Shown here piece by piece: positions 20,318-31,867 of a stretch of DNA of 64,000 nt; the stretch's first letter is position 1, and every line of letters starts with the position of its first letter. The stretch is from assembly GCA_006226685.1 (NCBI GenBank), contig SBGG01000076.1, positions 5,111-69,110 on the forward strand, given 5' to 3'. Both the position numbers and the translations under genes were made by a program. The notes beneath the pieces are model-generated. The model did no database searches and was not told the origin of the DNA. It worked only from the letters and a program-made list of their open reading frames with translations. Origin of the DNA: Sphingomonadales bacterium (GTDB taxonomy: Bacteria > Pseudomonadota > Alphaproteobacteria > Sphingomonadales > Sphingomonadaceae).

Positions 20318-21603
20318 GGCAGTTGCTCGATCATCCGCTTGGTGATGAGGCACACGCCGTTTTCGGTGCGGCGAAAGCGGCGGGCGTCCAGTTCCGGGTC
20401 GTCGCCGACGACCAGCCCCTCGGGAATGCGTACGCCGCTATCGATGATAACCCGGCTGAGCCGCGCATTGCGGCCGATATTGCAATGGGGCAGGATCACC
20501 GCCTCGTTGACGCTCGAATAGCTGCCCATCTTGACGCCGGTGAACAGCAGGCTGCGCCACGCCGTCGCGCCGGAAACGATGCAGTCGTTGGAAATGAGGG
20601 AGGAAACGGCCGTGCCGCGCCGCCCTTCCTCGTCATGCACGAATTTGGCGGGCGCGGCGACGATTGCATCCGACCAGATCGGCCATTCGCGATCATACAT
20701 GTCGAGCCGGGGCACGACGTCGGTCAGGTCGAGATTGGCCTCGAAATAGGCATCCAGCGTGCCGACATCGCGCCAATATTCCTCTATTTCCTCGGCGGCG
20801 CGGATGCAGGAGGTGGTGAAGCGATGAGCGACCGCTTTACCATGCTTCACGATATAGGGGATGATGTCGCCGCCGAAATCCCGTTTCGACTCCGGGTCGT
20901 CGGCGTCGCGGCGCAATTGATCGAACAGAAAGTCGGTTTCGAACACATAAATGCCCATCGACGCGAGCGCATGGTCCGGGTCGCCGGGAATGCCGGGCGG
21001 GTCGGCGGGCTTTTCGACGAAGGAGGTGATGGTGTCGCTATCGTCCACCGCCATCACGCCGAAGCCGGTTGCATCCCTGCGCGGAACGACGAGGCAGCCG
21101 ACGGTTACGTCCGCGCCGGAGTTGACATGCTGTTGCAGCATCAACTCATAATCCATCTTGTAGATATGATCGCCGGCCAGGATCACCATATATCGGGGCG
21201 CATGGGCGTGAATGATATCGATATTCTGGAACACCGCATCGGCCGTGCCCTCATACCAGTGAAATTCGTCGATACGCTGGGAGGCGGGGAGGATGTCGAA
21301 GCTCTCATTGCGTTCGGGCCGCATGAAATTCCACGCGCGCTGCATATGGCGGATCAGCGAATGCGCTTTATACTGGGTTGCGACGCCGATGCGGCGGATG
21401 CCCGAATTGATCGCGTTGGAGAGGGCGAAATCGATGATCCGCGCCTTGCCGCCGAAATAGACGGCGGGTTTGGCGCGATTGTCGGTCAATTCCTTGAGGC
21501 GGCTGCCGCGCCCTCCGGCCAGCACATAGGCCATGGCATCGCGTGCGAGTGGGGATTGCCTCCGGTCCATCATTGCCTCTCTTCCGCTTTCATCGCGGTT
21601 CAT
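20314..21603 (-). CDS. glgC: Glucose-1-phosphate adenylyltransferase
   Basis: [36 protein letters not shown] is the canonical GlgC N-terminal motif. The ATG overlaps the glgB stop (ATGA). Confidence 0.93.
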   Translation of the reverse strand: MNRDESGREAMMDRRQSPLARDAMAYVLAGGRGSRLKELTDNRAKPAVYFGGKARIIDFALSNAINSGIRRIGVATQYKAHSLIRHMQRAWNFMRPERNESFDILPASQRIDEFHWYEGTADAVFQNIDIIHAHAPRYMVILAGDHIYKMDYELMLQQHVNSGADVTVGCLVVPRRDATGFGVMAVDDSDTITSFVEKPADPPGIPGDPDHALASMGIYVFETDFLFDQLRRDADDPESKRDFGGDIIPYIVKHGKAVAHRFTTSCIRAAEEIEEYWRDVGTLDAYFEANLDLTDVVPRLDMYDREWPIWSDAIVAAPAKFVHDEEGRRGTAVSSLISNDCIVSGATAWRSLLFTGVKMGSYSSVNEAVILPHCNIGRNARLSRVIIDSGVRIPEGLVVGDDPELDARRFRRTENGVCLITKRMIEQLP

Positions 21604-23765
21604 CCTTCATATTCGAACATCAGTGTCGCCAATGGCGGCAATATGATCGAGGCCCCACCCCCGTCGCATTGGGCCATGCCCATATTCCCTTGTCCGCTGC
21701 CGCCATAAATTGCGGCATCGCTGTTGAGAATTTCCCGCCATGGGCCGTCATGAGGAAGCGGCAGGCGATAGCCGCTATGGACGGTGGGTGTCATATTGCT
21801 GATAATCGCGATCGGCCTGGCCCCCGGCGCCTTGCGCAGCCAGGCGAATACGCTGTTGTGGCTATCGTCGACGATCAGCCATTCGAAGCCGTCGCTTTCG
21901 CAATCGCGGGCGTACAGCGCCGGTTTTTCGCGATAGAGCCGGTTGAGATCGCGCACCAGCGTCTGCACCCCGGCATGGGCAGGGGCTTCCAGCAGGTCCC
22001 AGTCGAGCGAGCGCGCCTCGCTCCATTCGCGCCGTTGTGCGAATTCCTGCCCCATGAACAGCAGTTTCTTGCCGGGATACCCCCACATCAGGCCATAATA
22101 AGCGCGTAAATTTGCAAATTTTTGCCAGTCGTCGCCGCTCATCTTGGTGAGCAGCGATCCCTTGCCGTGGACCACCTCGTCATGGGACAGCGGCAGCACG
22201 AAATTCTCGGAAAAAGCGTACATCAGGCCGAAGCTGATATCGTCATGGTGCCAGCGGCGATGAATGGCCTCGCGCGCCATATAGCGCAGCGTGTCATGCA
22301 TGAAGCCCATGTTCCATTTGAAGCCGAAGCCGAGGCTGGTCTTCGGTCCGTCGTCATAGGCGGGCAGGGTGACGCCCGGCCATGCGGTCGATTCCTCGGC
22401 GATGGTGAGGAAGCCCGCATGGCTGCCATAGACGGCGCGGTTGGTCGCGCGCAGAAACTCGACCGCCTCCCAGTTTTCGCGCCCGCCTTCCGGATTGGGG
22501 ATCCATTCGCCCGCCTTGCGCGAATAATCGCGGTAAAGCATCGAGGCGACCGCATCGACGCGCAGCCCGTCGACATGATAGCGCTCGGCCCAGAACAGCG
22601 CATTATTGACGAGGAATTCCGATACTTCGCGCCGCCCGAAATTATAGATGGCGGTGTTCCAGTCCGGGTGAAAGCCGAGCTTGGGGTCTTCATGTTCGTA
22701 GAGCGCGGTGCCGTCGAAACGGGCGAGGCCATGTTCGTCGGTGGGGAAATGGGCGGGGACCCAGTCGATCAGCACGCCGATCCCCGCCCGGTGGGCGCCG
22801 TCGACGAAACGGGCGAAACCCGCAGGATCGCCGAAACGCGCCGAGGGGGCGTAGAGCCCGGTGGTCTGATAGCCCCAGCTCGGATCATAGGGATGCTCGG
22901 AAACCGGCAGAAACTCGATATGGGTGAAGCCCATGTCGGCGGCATAGGGGATCAGCCGATCGGCCATTTCGTCCCATGTCAGGAACCAGTCATGCTCGTT
23001 CCGCCGCCATGACCCCGGATGCACCTCATAAATGGAGACGGGTTGGCGGCGCGGATCGACCGATGCCCAATAGGCGCGGTGTGCCTCGTCGCCCCAGTCG
23101 GGCTTGCCGGGATCGGCGGTGATCGAGGCGGTCTTGGGCCGCAGTTCGGAAGCGAAGGCGAACGGATCGGCCTTCAGCGGCTGCACCGTGCCGTCCGGCC
23201 CGGTGATGCGATATTTATAGGCGCGGCCTGCCCCGATGTCGGGGATGAAGATTTCCCACACGCCGATATCCTTGCGGTGGCGCATCGGGTGGCGGCGATA
23301 GTCCCAGTCGTTGAAATCGCCGACGAGGCTGACCAGCCGGGCATTGGGCGCCCATACCGCGAAATGGACGCCGCGCGCGCCCTCATGCGCGATGCAGTGC
23401 GCGCCCAGCTTGTCGAACAGGCGGTAATGCGTGCCCTGCGCGAACAGGAAATCGTCGGTCGGCCCCAGCACCGGGCCGAAGCTGTAGGGGTCCGTCACCC
23501 ACCATTCATGTCCGTTCGCGCGGCAATGATAGCGGACCGGCTGCGGTTTGCCGCTCAGCCCGCCTTCGAACAGGCCGCGATTATCGACCCGTATGAGTTT
23601 CCCCAGCCGCCCGCCTTTCAGGCTGAACGCCTCGACCTCCTGCGCGCCGGGCAGGATCGCGCGGGCAAAGTTGCCTTCCGGCCCGGCATGGACGCCGAGC
23701 AGGGAGAAGGGGTCGCCATGCGTGCCTTCGAGCAGGGTCGTAATCGCGGATTTCGGTGGCTTCAC
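21600..23765 (-). CDS. glgB: 1,4-alpha-glucan branching enzyme
   Basis: GH13 branching-enzyme blocks [23 protein letters not shown] and ESTAWP. The likely start is GTG at 23765..23763, which overlaps the glgP stop (GTGA). The upstream ATG at 23879 would overlap glgP by 118 nt. Confidence 0.9.
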   Translation of the reverse strand: MKPPKSAITTLLEGTHGDPFSLLGVHAGPEGNFARAILPGAQEVEAFSLKGGRLGKLIRVDNRGLFEGGLSGKPQPVRYHCRANGHEWWVTDPYSFGPVLGPTDDFLFAQGTHYRLFDKLGAHCIAHEGARGVHFAVWAPNARLVSLVGDFNDWDYRRHPMRHRKDIGVWEIFIPDIGAGRAYKYRITGPDGTVQPLKADPFAFASELRPKTASITADPGKPDWGDEAHRAYWASVDPRRQPVSIYEVHPGSWRRNEHDWFLTWDEMADRLIPYAADMGFTHIEFLPVSEHPYDPSWGYQTTGLYAPSARFGDPAGFARFVDGAHRAGIGVLIDWVPAHFPTDEHGLARFDGTALYEHEDPKLGFHPDWNTAIYNFGRREVSEFLVNNALFWAERYHVDGLRVDAVASMLYRDYSRKAGEWIPNPEGGRENWEAVEFLRATNRAVYGSHAGFLTIAEESTAWPGVTLPAYDDGPKTSLGFGFKWNMGFMHDTLRYMAREAIHRRWHHDDISFGLMYAFSENFVLPLSHDEVVHGKGSLLTKMSGDDWQKFANLRAYYGLMWGYPGKKLLFMGQEFAQRREWSEARSLDWDLLEAPAHAGVQTLVRDLNRLYREKPALYARDCESDGFEWLIVDDSHNSVFAWLRKAPGARPIAIISNMTPTVHSGYRLPLPHDGPWREILNSDAAIYGGSGQGNMGMAQCDGGGASIILPPLATLMFEYEG

Positions 23766-26176
23766 AGCACGTTCCAGATCTCCCGGGCATATTCCCCGAT
23801 GGTCCGGTCGGATGAGAACCAGCCGACATTGGCGATATTGCGGATCGCCGATGCGCGCCAGGCAGGCTGGTCCTCCCAACGGCGGTCGACTGCGCGCTGT
23901 GCGCTATGATAGCTGTCGAAATCGGCGGCGACCATGAACCAGTCATGATCGTACAGCCCTTTCATCAGATCGGTATAGCGATGGGGATCGTCCGGTGAGA
24001 ACACACCCGAAGCGATCGCATTGACCGCCTGATGCAATTCGCGCGATCCCTCGATCACTTTGCGCGGGGTGTAGCCATTGGCGCGCCGCTCCGCGACTTC
24101 GTCGGCGGTAAGGCCGAAAATTACGATATTCGCGTCGCCGACCCGGTCCCTGATCTCTACATTGGCGCCGTCGAGCGTACCGATGGTGAGCGCGCCGTTG
24201 AGCGCGAACTTCATGTTGCCGGTGCCCGATGCCTCCATGCCCGCGGTCGAAATCTGCTCGGATAGATCGGCCGCCGGGATGATCCGCTCGGCCAGCGTCA
24301 CATTATAATTGGGCACGAACACCACCTTGAGCAGTCCACCGACCGAGGGGTCGGAATTGACGCGCCGGGCAATGTCGTTCGCCAGTTTGATGATCAGTTT
24401 CGCATTATGATAGCTGGGGGCCGCCTTGCCGCCGAAAATCTTTACCCGCGGTGTCCAGTCCCGTTCCGGGTGGCTGCGGATCTGATCGTAGAGTGCGACC
24501 GTCTCGATCAGGTTGAGAAGCTGGCGCTTATATTCGTGGATGCGCTTGATCTGTACGTCGAACAGCGCGTCGGGATCGAGCCGGATGCCGGTAAGCTGTT
24601 TGACATGGGCGGCGAGGGCGACCTTGTTGGCGCGTTTCACCTCGGCGATGCGTTCGCCGAGTTCCCGATCGTCGGCCAGCGCGTTGAGATCGGCCAGCCT
24701 TTCCGTGTCGTCAAGGAAAGCGTCGCCGATTGCGTTCTTCAGCACCGAGACGAGGCCGGGATTGCATTGCTGCAGCCAGCGGCGTGGGGTGACACCGTTG
24801 GTCTTGTTGTTGATCCGGTCGGGATAGAGGGCGTGGAGGTCGGAAAAGACCGTGCTCTTCATCAGTTCGGTATGCAGTGCAGCGACGCCGTTGACGCTAT
24901 GCGCGCCGGTAAAGGCGAGATTGGCCATGCGCACGCGCCGTTGCCCGGCCTCGTCGATCAGCGAGATCGCGGCGATCGCGCGGTCGTCCATCCCGGCCTT
25001 GCGCGCCTCGCGCAGCACGCGGCTGTTGATTGCGTAGACGATCTGCATATGCCGGGGCAGCAGCCGTTCGAACAGCGGGAGCGGCCAGGATTCCAGCGCC
25101 TCGGGCAGCAATGTGTGGTTGGTGTAGGCGATGGTCTTTTTCGTCACTTCCCATGCCTCGTTGAATTCGAGGCCATGATCGTCGACCAGTAACCGCATCA
25201 GCTCGGCGACCGCGACGGCGGGGTGGGTGTCGTTGAGCTGGATCGCCGCCTTGTCGGGCAGGGTGCGCACATTGCCATGATATTGCACATGGCGGCGGAG
25301 GATGTCCTGAATCGACGCGGCGGTGAAGAAATATTCCTGCCGCAGGCGCAGTTCCTGCCCGGCGGCGTTGGAATCGGCGGGGTAGAGCACGCGCACGAGG
25401 CTGTCGGCGCGGACCTGTTCGGAGAGGGCACCTGCATAATCGCCTGCGTTGAACGCATCGAGCCGCAGCGGGTCGAGCGCATTGGCGGTCCATAACCGCA
25501 ACGTGTTGACGCGCTTGCCGCGCCAGCCGACCACCGGCGTATCGACCGCGCTGGCTTCCACCTTTTCCTGCGGGTTCCAGATCACGCCGTCGCCATCGTC
25601 GATGACTTCGCCGCCAAAGCCGATCTGATAGGCGCTTTCGCGGCGGTCGAATTCCCACGGATTGCCGTGGCTCAGCCATGTTTCGGGCAATTCGACCTGC
25701 CAGCCGTCGTCGATGCGCTGGCGGAACATGCCGTTCACATAGCGGATGCCATAGCCATAAGCGGGGATGTCGAGGCTGGCGAGGCTTTCCATGAAACAGG
25801 CGGCGAGGCGCCCGAGGCCGCCATTGCCGAGCGCGGCGTCCGGTTCCAGCTCCTCCAGCGCGGAAAGCTCGAAACCATGTTCGCGCAGCGCCTCTTCCAT
25901 TTCGCGCGTCAGCCCCATGTTGGAAAGCGCATCGCGCAACAGCCGCCCGATCAGGAATTCGAGCGACAGATAATAGACGCGCTTGCCGCCATCGGCATAG
26001 GTTTCGCGCGTCGATTCCATCCAGCGATCGACGATCGCGTCGCGGATGGTCAGCACGGCGGAGGTGAACCAGTCATGCGATTTGGCCGCGCGTTCGTCCT
26101 TGCCGACGCGATGGCGCAATATGTCGATGATCCGGGCTTCGATGTCGGAAACGGATGGCTCTTCGTAGTGCGGCAC
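23762..26176 (-). CDS. glgP: Glycogen/maltodextrin phosphorylase
   Basis: 804-aa ORF with the PLP-site block EQISTAGMEASGTGNMKFALNGALTIGTLDGANVE. Confidence 0.93.
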   Translation of the reverse strand: MPHYEEPSVSDIEARIIDILRHRVGKDERAAKSHDWFTSAVLTIRDAIVDRWMESTRETYADGGKRVYYLSLEFLIGRLLRDALSNMGLTREMEEALREHGFELSALEELEPDAALGNGGLGRLAACFMESLASLDIPAYGYGIRYVNGMFRQRIDDGWQVELPETWLSHGNPWEFDRRESAYQIGFGGEVIDDGDGVIWNPQEKVEASAVDTPVVGWRGKRVNTLRLWTANALDPLRLDAFNAGDYAGALSEQVRADSLVRVLYPADSNAAGQELRLRQEYFFTAASIQDILRRHVQYHGNVRTLPDKAAIQLNDTHPAVAVAELMRLLVDDHGLEFNEAWEVTKKTIAYTNHTLLPEALESWPLPLFERLLPRHMQIVYAINSRVLREARKAGMDDRAIAAISLIDEAGQRRVRMANLAFTGAHSVNGVAALHTELMKSTVFSDLHALYPDRINNKTNGVTPRRWLQQCNPGLVSVLKNAIGDAFLDDTERLADLNALADDRELGERIAEVKRANKVALAAHVKQLTGIRLDPDALFDVQIKRIHEYKRQLLNLIETVALYDQIRSHPERDWTPRVKIFGGKAAPSYHNAKLIIKLANDIARRVNSDPSVGGLLKVVFVPNYNVTLAERIIPAADLSEQISTAGMEASGTGNMKFALNGALTIGTLDGANVEIRDRVGDANIVIFGLTADEVAERRANGYTPRKVIEGSRELHQAVNAIASGVFSPDDPHRYTDLMKGLYDHDWFMVAADFDSYHSAQRAVDRRWEDQPAWRASAIRNIANVGWFSSDRTIGEYAREIWNVL

Positions 26177-26356
26177 GGAACTGGCTCCTTACACGGTCTG
26201 TCCCGTCAGACAGAAACGGGAACCGCCTGTGCCGGCGATGCGCCCCTGTTTCGCGACCCCTCCTTATGATGAGGTAGGACAGACCTGGCGATCCGGGCAA
26301 GATAATTTCTTGCTTGTCCTCCAGTTATTCGTGGATGACCGGGAACGGGATCGCTT

Positions 26357-27994
26357 ATGCTCCCAACTCCGTTCCATCATCATACGGGTTTCGGCATGAA
26401 CATGAACAATGACCCGGCCTCTTCTCTCTGGTGGCGCGGCGCCGCCCTGTACCAGATTTATCCGCGCAGTTTTCAGGATGTGAACGGCGACGGCGTGGGC
26501 GATCTTGCCGGCATTACCCGGCACATGGATTATATCGCCGATCTGGGTGTGGACGGCATCTGGATATCGCCCTTCTTCACTTCGCCCATGCATGACTTCG
26601 GCTATGATGTGTCCGATTATCGCGATGTCGATCCGATTTTCGGCACGCTGGCCGATTTCGACGCGCTGGTGGCTGCGGCGCATGAACGGGGCCTGCGCGT
26701 CATCATCGATCAGGTCTATGCTCATAGCTCGATCGATCACCCCTGGTTCGCGGAGAGCCGGGCCGACCGGACGAACGACAAGGCCGACTGGTATGTCTGG
26801 GCCGATGCGAAGGCGGACGGCACGCCGCCCAATAACTGGCAATCGGTGTTCGGCGGCCCGGCCTGGACATGGGATGCACGCCGCCGCCAATATTATATGC
26901 ACAGCTTCCTGAAGGAGCAGCCGCAGCTCAATGTTCATGAAGTCGCGGTGCAGGATGCGCTGCTGGATGTGGCGCGCTTCTGGCTGGATCGGGGCGTGGA
27001 CGGGTTCCGTCTCGATGCGCTCAACCATTGCATGCATGATCCGTTGCTGCGTGACAATCCGCCCGCTCCGGCGGATGGCCGGGTGCGGACCCGCCCCTTC
27101 GATTATCAGATCAGGCTGCACAGCCAGTCCCAGCCGGGCGTCATTGGTTTCATCGAGCGTTTCCGGGCGCTGTGCGACGGTTATGGCGCGATCTTCACGC
27201 TGGCCGAGGTGGGGGGCGACAAGGCGGAGGAAGAGCAGAAGGCCTATACCAAGGGGGATGGGCGACTTTCGAGCGCCTATGGCTTTGAATTTCTCTATGC
27301 GCCCGCGCTGACGCCGCGCTTCGTTGCCGATACGGTCGCGGGCTGGCGTGAGGGCGAGGGCTGGCCCTGCTGGGCGTTCGAGAATCATGATGCGCCGCGC
27401 GCCGTGTCGCGCTGGTGCGCGCGGGAGGATAGGGATCGGTTCGCGCGGATGAAAATGGCGCTGCTGATCGCCTTGCGCGGCAACATCATCCTCTATCAGG
27501 GCGAGGAGCTGGGGCTGGAGCAGGACGAGATTCCGTTCGAATTGCTGCGCGACCCGGAGGCGATCGCCAACTGGCCGCTCACCCTGTCGCGCGATGGCTG
27601 CCGCACGCCGATGCCGTGGACCGAAGGCCCGGGAGGCGGTTTCACCACCGGCACGCCATGGCTGCCGCTCAGCGCGGTCAATCTCGCCCGTGCGGTGGAC
27701 CGGCAGGAGGAAAGCGGGGAGTCGATGCTCGCCCATACGCGTCGCCTGCTGGCGCTGCGGCGGGAGACGGTGGCGCTGCGCACCGGGCGTCAGGAAAGGG
27801 TGACGGTGGATGATGGATTGCTGGCGTTCAGCCGGATCGAGGGCGATCAGCATATAGGCTGTCTGTTCAACCTTTCGACCGAGGCGATCACGCCCGCCGG
27901 GATGCCGCCTGCTGCCACCGTCCTGCTGTCGGTCAACGATGCTTCGCCCCGCCTCCTGCCCGCCTATTCGGCATTGTTTCTGCTCTATTCCTGA
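26357..27994 (+). CDS. GH13 alpha-glucosidase / oligo-1,6-glucosidase-like enzyme
   Basis: WWRGAALYQIYPRSFQDVNGDGVGDLAGITRHMDYIADLGVDGIWISPFF, GVDGFRLDALNH and ENHD are typical blocks. The start may instead be ATG 26396 (MNMNND...). The gene is divergent from glgP. Confidence 0.9.
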   Translation: MLPTPFHHHTGFGMNMNNDPASSLWWRGAALYQIYPRSFQDVNGDGVGDLAGITRHMDYIADLGVDGIWISPFFTSPMHDFGYDVSDYRDVDPIFGTLADFDALVAAAHERGLRVIIDQVYAHSSIDHPWFAESRADRTNDKADWYVWADAKADGTPPNNWQSVFGGPAWTWDARRRQYYMHSFLKEQPQLNVHEVAVQDALLDVARFWLDRGVDGFRLDALNHCMHDPLLRDNPPAPADGRVRTRPFDYQIRLHSQSQPGVIGFIERFRALCDGYGAIFTLAEVGGDKAEEEQKAYTKGDGRLSSAYGFEFLYAPALTPRFVADTVAGWREGEGWPCWAFENHDAPRAVSRWCAREDRDRFARMKMALLIALRGNIILYQGEELGLEQDEIPFELLRDPEAIANWPLTLSRDGCRTPMPWTEGPGGGFTTGTPWLPLSAVNLARAVDRQEESGESMLAHTRRLLALRRETVALRTGRQERVTVDDGLLAFSRIEGDQHIGCLFNLSTEAITPAGMPPAATVLLSVNDASPRLLPAYSALFLLYS

Positions 27995-28800
27995 AGGGCG
28001 GGGGCAGGCGGCGGTTCGGGAGATTCGGCCGGGGATTCGCCGGGGCCGGTCATGCGCGCCATGATCTTACGCGTGCCTTCCTGCAGGGCGGACAAATGTT
28101 TCCGCCAGCCGTCCCGATCTATCGCCGGGCGGGGGAAGGACAGGGAAACGGCGGCGAAGATCCGGCCGGACGGCTCGAACAGCGGCGCGGCGATGCAGAA
28201 GAGATTTTCGTCGATCTCGCAATTGTCGATGGCGAAGCCCTGCCGCCGGACGCGGGCGATTTCTGCGCGCAGGGCGACGGGTTCGACCAGCGTGTTCGGG
28301 GTCAGGGCGACGAACGGGCCGTTGGCCAGATAGGTTTCGAGCGCTTCCTCGTCCAGCCCGGCCAGCAGCACCTTGCCGAGGCCCGAGCAATAGGCCTCCA
28401 TCTGCATATTCTGGCGCGTGAACAGCGCTTCCTTGCCCACGCCTTCCTTCAGCAGATAGGTGACCATATCCTGTTCGAATATGCCGAGATGCGCGAGGCA
28501 ATCTTCCTGCGCCGCCAGTTGCGCCAGAACCGGGCGGGCGATGCCGGTGGCGACGGCGGCGGGGCCTGTTCCGGGCGTCAGGGCCGCCAGCGCGGGACCG
28601 GCATGATAATAGCCCCGGCGGCTGCGGATCAGATAGCCCATATGCTGCAACGCTTGCGCGATGCGGTGCGCGGTGGCGCGCGGCAGGCCGATTTCTTCCG
28701 CAATGGCGCTAAGCGGCCTTTTCCCGCTGTCCCGCACGATCGCGCCCAGCAAGGTCAGCGCCTTGCCCAGTATGCCGGTGCCTGAGTCCCTATCTCCCAT
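27985..28800 (-). CDS. IclR-family transcriptional regulator
   Basis: 271-aa ORF with an N-terminal wHTH (LSAIAEEIGLPRATAHRIAQALQHMGYL) and a C-terminal IclR effector domain. It is divergent from the hydratase-dehydrogenase-aldolase operon, and its 3' end overlaps the alpha-glucosidase 3' end by 10 nt. Confidence 0.88.
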   Translation of the reverse strand: MGDRDSGTGILGKALTLLGAIVRDSGKRPLSAIAEEIGLPRATAHRIAQALQHMGYLIRSRRGYYHAGPALAALTPGTGPAAVATGIARPVLAQLAAQEDCLAHLGIFEQDMVTYLLKEGVGKEALFTRQNMQMEAYCSGLGKVLLAGLDEEALETYLANGPFVALTPNTLVEPVALRAEIARVRRQGFAIDNCEIDENLFCIAAPLFEPSGRIFAAVSLSFPRPAIDRDGWRKHLSALQEGTRKIMARMTGPGESPAESPEPPPAPALQE

Positions 28801-28887
28801 AACGTGGGAGATAATATGGAAGGGCTTATGGCTGCAATCCTTTTGCGCTGATATTCATCCTGCGTGAACAACGGACGGGTGAGGATT

Positions 28888-29664
28888 ATGTCCAGCCATG
28901 AAATAGCAGCCGAACGGCTGCGTAATGCTTATAAGGATGGCGTGATTGCGCCGCTGCGCGACCTGATCGCGCCGGATGACGGGGAGGGCGCCTATGCGAT
29001 TCAGGCGATCAACACCCGTTATTGGCAGGGGCAGGGCCGCCGCATCGTCGGGCGCAAGGTCGGGTTGACCGCCCGGGCCGTGCAGGCGCAGCTTGGTGTC
29101 AGCCAGCCCGATTTCGGCGTGTTGTTCGATGATATGCAGGTGCCCGATGGCGGCGTTCTGAAACCCGGGGCCCTGTTGCAGCCCAAGGCCGAGGCCGAAG
29201 TCGCGATGATCCTCGGGGTGGACCTACCCGCGCGGGCGGTGACGGAAGACGAGGTCGCGGCCGCCGTGGCCGAAGTGACCGCCGCAATCGAGATCGTCGA
29301 CAGCCGCATCGCCGACTGGAAGATTTCCTTCGCCGACACGGTTGCCGACAATGGTTCCTCCAGCATGTTCGTTCTGGGTAAGACCCGCAAACCGCTCGCC
29401 GGGCTGGATCTGTGGACCTGCGGCATGGTGCTGGAACAAAATGGCGAAATCACCTCGCTGGGTACGGGCGCGGCCTGCCTCGGGCATCCGCTGCGTGCGG
29501 CGACCTGGCTTGCCAACACGCTGGCCGCTCAGGGAGAGCCGCTGGGCAAGGGCGACATCATCCTGACCGGCGCGCTCGGTCCGATGGTGCCGTTGCGTCC
29601 GGGCGACGACATCAAGGTGAGCATAGCCGGGCTGGATAGCGTTTCCTTCAGTTACAAGGATTGA
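28888..29664 (+). CDS. 2-keto-4-pentenoate (2-oxopent-4-enoate) hydratase
   Basis: MhpD/BphH/XylJ-like sequence (YAIQAINTRYWQGQGRRIVGRKVGLT, GDIILTGALGPMVP). ATG 28888 follows GTGAGG; the ORF-track start at 28864 is GTG. Confidence 0.9.
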   Translation: MSSHEIAAERLRNAYKDGVIAPLRDLIAPDDGEGAYAIQAINTRYWQGQGRRIVGRKVGLTARAVQAQLGVSQPDFGVLFDDMQVPDGGVLKPGALLQPKAEAEVAMILGVDLPARAVTEDEVAAAVAEVTAAIEIVDSRIADWKISFADTVADNGSSSMFVLGKTRKPLAGLDLWTCGMVLEQNGEITSLGTGAACLGHPLRAATWLANTLAAQGEPLGKGDIILTGALGPMVPLRPGDDIKVSIAGLDSVSFSYKD

Positions 29665-29670
29665 ACAGCA

Positions 29671-30615
29671 ATGACTGATAAATTGCCAGTGGCGATCATC
29701 GGGTCGGGCAATATTGGCACCGACCTGATGATCAAGATCATGCGCCTGTCGAAAACGCTCGAAATGGGCGCGTTCGTCGGGATCGACCCGGAATCGGATG
29801 GCCTGAAACGCGCGGCGCGTCTCGGCGTGCCGGTGACGGCGGAGGGCATTGACGGCCTTGTCGCCATGCCGGAATTCCAGAAGATCGGCATTGTGTTCGA
29901 TGCCACCAGCGCCGGCGCCCACAAGCGCCATAACGAGATATTGCAGCAGCATGGCAAGCGGGTGATCGATCTCACGCCCGCCGCCATCGGGCCTTATGTC
30001 GTGCCGCCGGTCAATGGCGAGGCGCAGCTTGACGCGCATAATGTCAACATGGTGACCTGCGGCGGGCAGGCGACCATTCCGGTCGTCCATGCGATCAGCC
30101 GCGTGGCGAAGGTGCATTATGGCGAGATCGTCGCATCGATCGCGTCGAAGAGCGCCGGTCCCGGCACCCGCGCCAATATTGACGAGTTCACCGAAACCAC
30201 CAGCCAGGCGATCATGGATGTCGGCGGGGCCGCGCGCGGCAAGGCGATCATCGTCCTCAACCCGGCCGAACCGCCGCTCATCATGCGCGACACCGTCTAT
30301 TGTCTGTGCGAAGAGGCCGACACGGCGGTGATCGAACAGTCGGTTGCCGACATGGTGGCCGAGGTTCAGGCCTATGTGCCCGGCTATCGCCTGAAACAGG
30401 CAGTGCAGTTCGAACATATCGGCAGCAACCAGCCGTTGCGCATTCCGGAAATGGACGGCGAATTCACCGGCCTGAAGGTCAGCGTGTTCCTCGAAGTGGA
30501 GGGCGCGGCCCATTATCTGCCGGCTTATGCCGGTAATCTCGACATCATGACCTCCGCGGCGCTCAAGACCGCGGAAAAGATCGCATTGCGCTTGCGTGAA
30601 GGAGTTTCGGCATGA
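29671..30615 (+). CDS. Acetaldehyde dehydrogenase (acetylating)
   Basis: The N-terminus [19 protein letters not shown] and the catalytic region [12 protein letters not shown] are as in DmpF/MhpF/BphJ. The stop overlaps the next ATG (ATGA). Confidence 0.93.
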   Translation: MTDKLPVAIIGSGNIGTDLMIKIMRLSKTLEMGAFVGIDPESDGLKRAARLGVPVTAEGIDGLVAMPEFQKIGIVFDATSAGAHKRHNEILQQHGKRVIDLTPAAIGPYVVPPVNGEAQLDAHNVNMVTCGGQATIPVVHAISRVAKVHYGEIVASIASKSAGPGTRANIDEFTETTSQAIMDVGGAARGKAIIVLNPAEPPLIMRDTVYCLCEEADTAVIEQSVADMVAEVQAYVPGYRLKQAVQFEHIGSNQPLRIPEMDGEFTGLKVSVFLEVEGAAHYLPAYAGNLDIMTSAALKTAEKIALRLREGVSA

Positions 30616-31643
30616 CCTTCGATCCGACCAAGGACAAGCTCTATATTCAGGACGTCACGCTGCGCGACGGCATGCATGCGGTTCGCCACCAATATGGCAT
30701 CGACCATGTGACGGCGATCGCGAAGGCGCTCGACCGGGCGAAGGTCGATGCGATCGAGGTTGCCCATGGCGACGGCCTTTCGGGCAGCTCGTTCAACTAT
30801 GGTTTCGGCGCGCATACCGACTGGGACTGGATCGGCGCAGTCGCCGAAGTGCTGGAACATAGCGTGCTGACCACCTTGCTGCTGCCCGGCATCGGCACGA
30901 TCCATGATCTCAAACATGCTTATGAAATGGGTGTGCGTTCGGTGCGCGTCGCCACCCATTGCACCGAGGCGGATGTCAGCAAGCAGCATATCGAATATGC
31001 GCGCGGGCTTGGCATGGATGTGTCCGGTTTCCTGATGATGAGTCACATGTCGGAGCCGGAGGCGCTCGCCCAGCAGGCAAAGCTGATGGAAAGCTATGGC
31101 GCCCATTGCATCTATGTGACCGACAGCGGCGGCGCGATGACGATGGATCAATATGCGGCGCGGGTGCAGGCCTATGACCGGGTGCTGAAGCCGGAGACGC
31201 AGCGCGGCGTTCATGCCCATCATAATCTCAGCCTCGGCGTCGCCAATTCGATCGTCGCGGTGCAGAACGGCGCGGTGCGCGTGGACGCCAGCCTTGCCGG
31301 CATGGGCGCGGGTGCGGGCAATGCTCCGCTGGAAGTATTCATCGCCGCCGCCGACGCCTATGGCTGGAACCATGGCACGGATTTGTTCGCACTGATGGAT
31401 GCGGCGGAAGAACTGGTGCGTCCGTTGCAGGATCGCCCGGTCCGGGTCGATCGTGAAACGCTGACCCTTGGTTATGCGGGTGTCTATTCTTCCTTCCTGC
31501 GCCATGCCGAAAAGGCTTCGGCCGAATATGGCATCGACACGCGCGCAATCCTGGTCGAGCTGGGCCGGCGGAAGATGGTCGGCGGTCAGGAAGATATGAT
31601 CGTCGATGTCGCGCTCGACATGATCAAGGAAAAGACCGTTTAG
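30612..31643 (+). CDS. 4-hydroxy-2-oxovalerate aldolase
   Basis: [19 protein letters not shown] and [15 protein letters not shown] are as in DmpG/MhpE/BphI. The gene is translationally coupled to the dehydrogenase gene. Confidence 0.93.
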   Translation: MTFDPTKDKLYIQDVTLRDGMHAVRHQYGIDHVTAIAKALDRAKVDAIEVAHGDGLSGSSFNYGFGAHTDWDWIGAVAEVLEHSVLTTLLLPGIGTIHDLKHAYEMGVRSVRVATHCTEADVSKQHIEYARGLGMDVSGFLMMSHMSEPEALAQQAKLMESYGAHCIYVTDSGGAMTMDQYAARVQAYDRVLKPETQRGVHAHHNLSLGVANSIVAVQNGAVRVDASLAGMGAGAGNAPLEVFIAAADAYGWNHGTDLFALMDAAEELVRPLQDRPVRVDRETLTLGYAGVYSSFLRHAEKASAEYGIDTRAILVELGRRKMVGGQEDMIVDVALDMIKEKTV

Positions 31644-31867
31644 AGCATTTTCGGAATGACCGTGGAACGGTCATTCCGTTCGAAAATGCGGTCACAAAGA
31701 CAAGAGCGTTTCCGTTCATCCTGAGCAGGTTCCAGATTCTGGTTCCCGCGTTCGGGATCGGTTTCGGCAGGCCCCTCGGCCGCCTTCCTTTCCCGCACGG
31801 GAGCGAGGTGGGTGGTCGGGGGGCTTTTTGTCAGGGCCACACCCCAGGGTGTTTGCCCTGACAAACG

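Noticed and set aside
10700-21708. Other long antisense ORFs: 10700..12112 (-), 17214..18608 (+), 18965..20308 (+) and 20323..21708 (+). The same applies to 36457..37893 (-), 47006..48031 (+), 48539..49729 (+) and 59763..61010 (+).
   Set aside because: Each lies opposite a gene with strong family signatures (M14 peptidase, glgX, glgA, glgC, Rieske oxygenase, Asp-DH-like, reductase, ABC-F). Each translates to Arg/Gly/Ala/Pro-rich sequence with no recognisable domains.
26264-27853. 529-aa ORF on the minus strand opposite the alpha-glucosidase gene
   Set aside because: The translation is Arg/Pro/Ala/Gly-rich and low in complexity, with no recognisable domain. It lies entirely antisense to a gene with unmistakable GH13 motifs. 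This is a typical shadow ORF of high-GC DNA.
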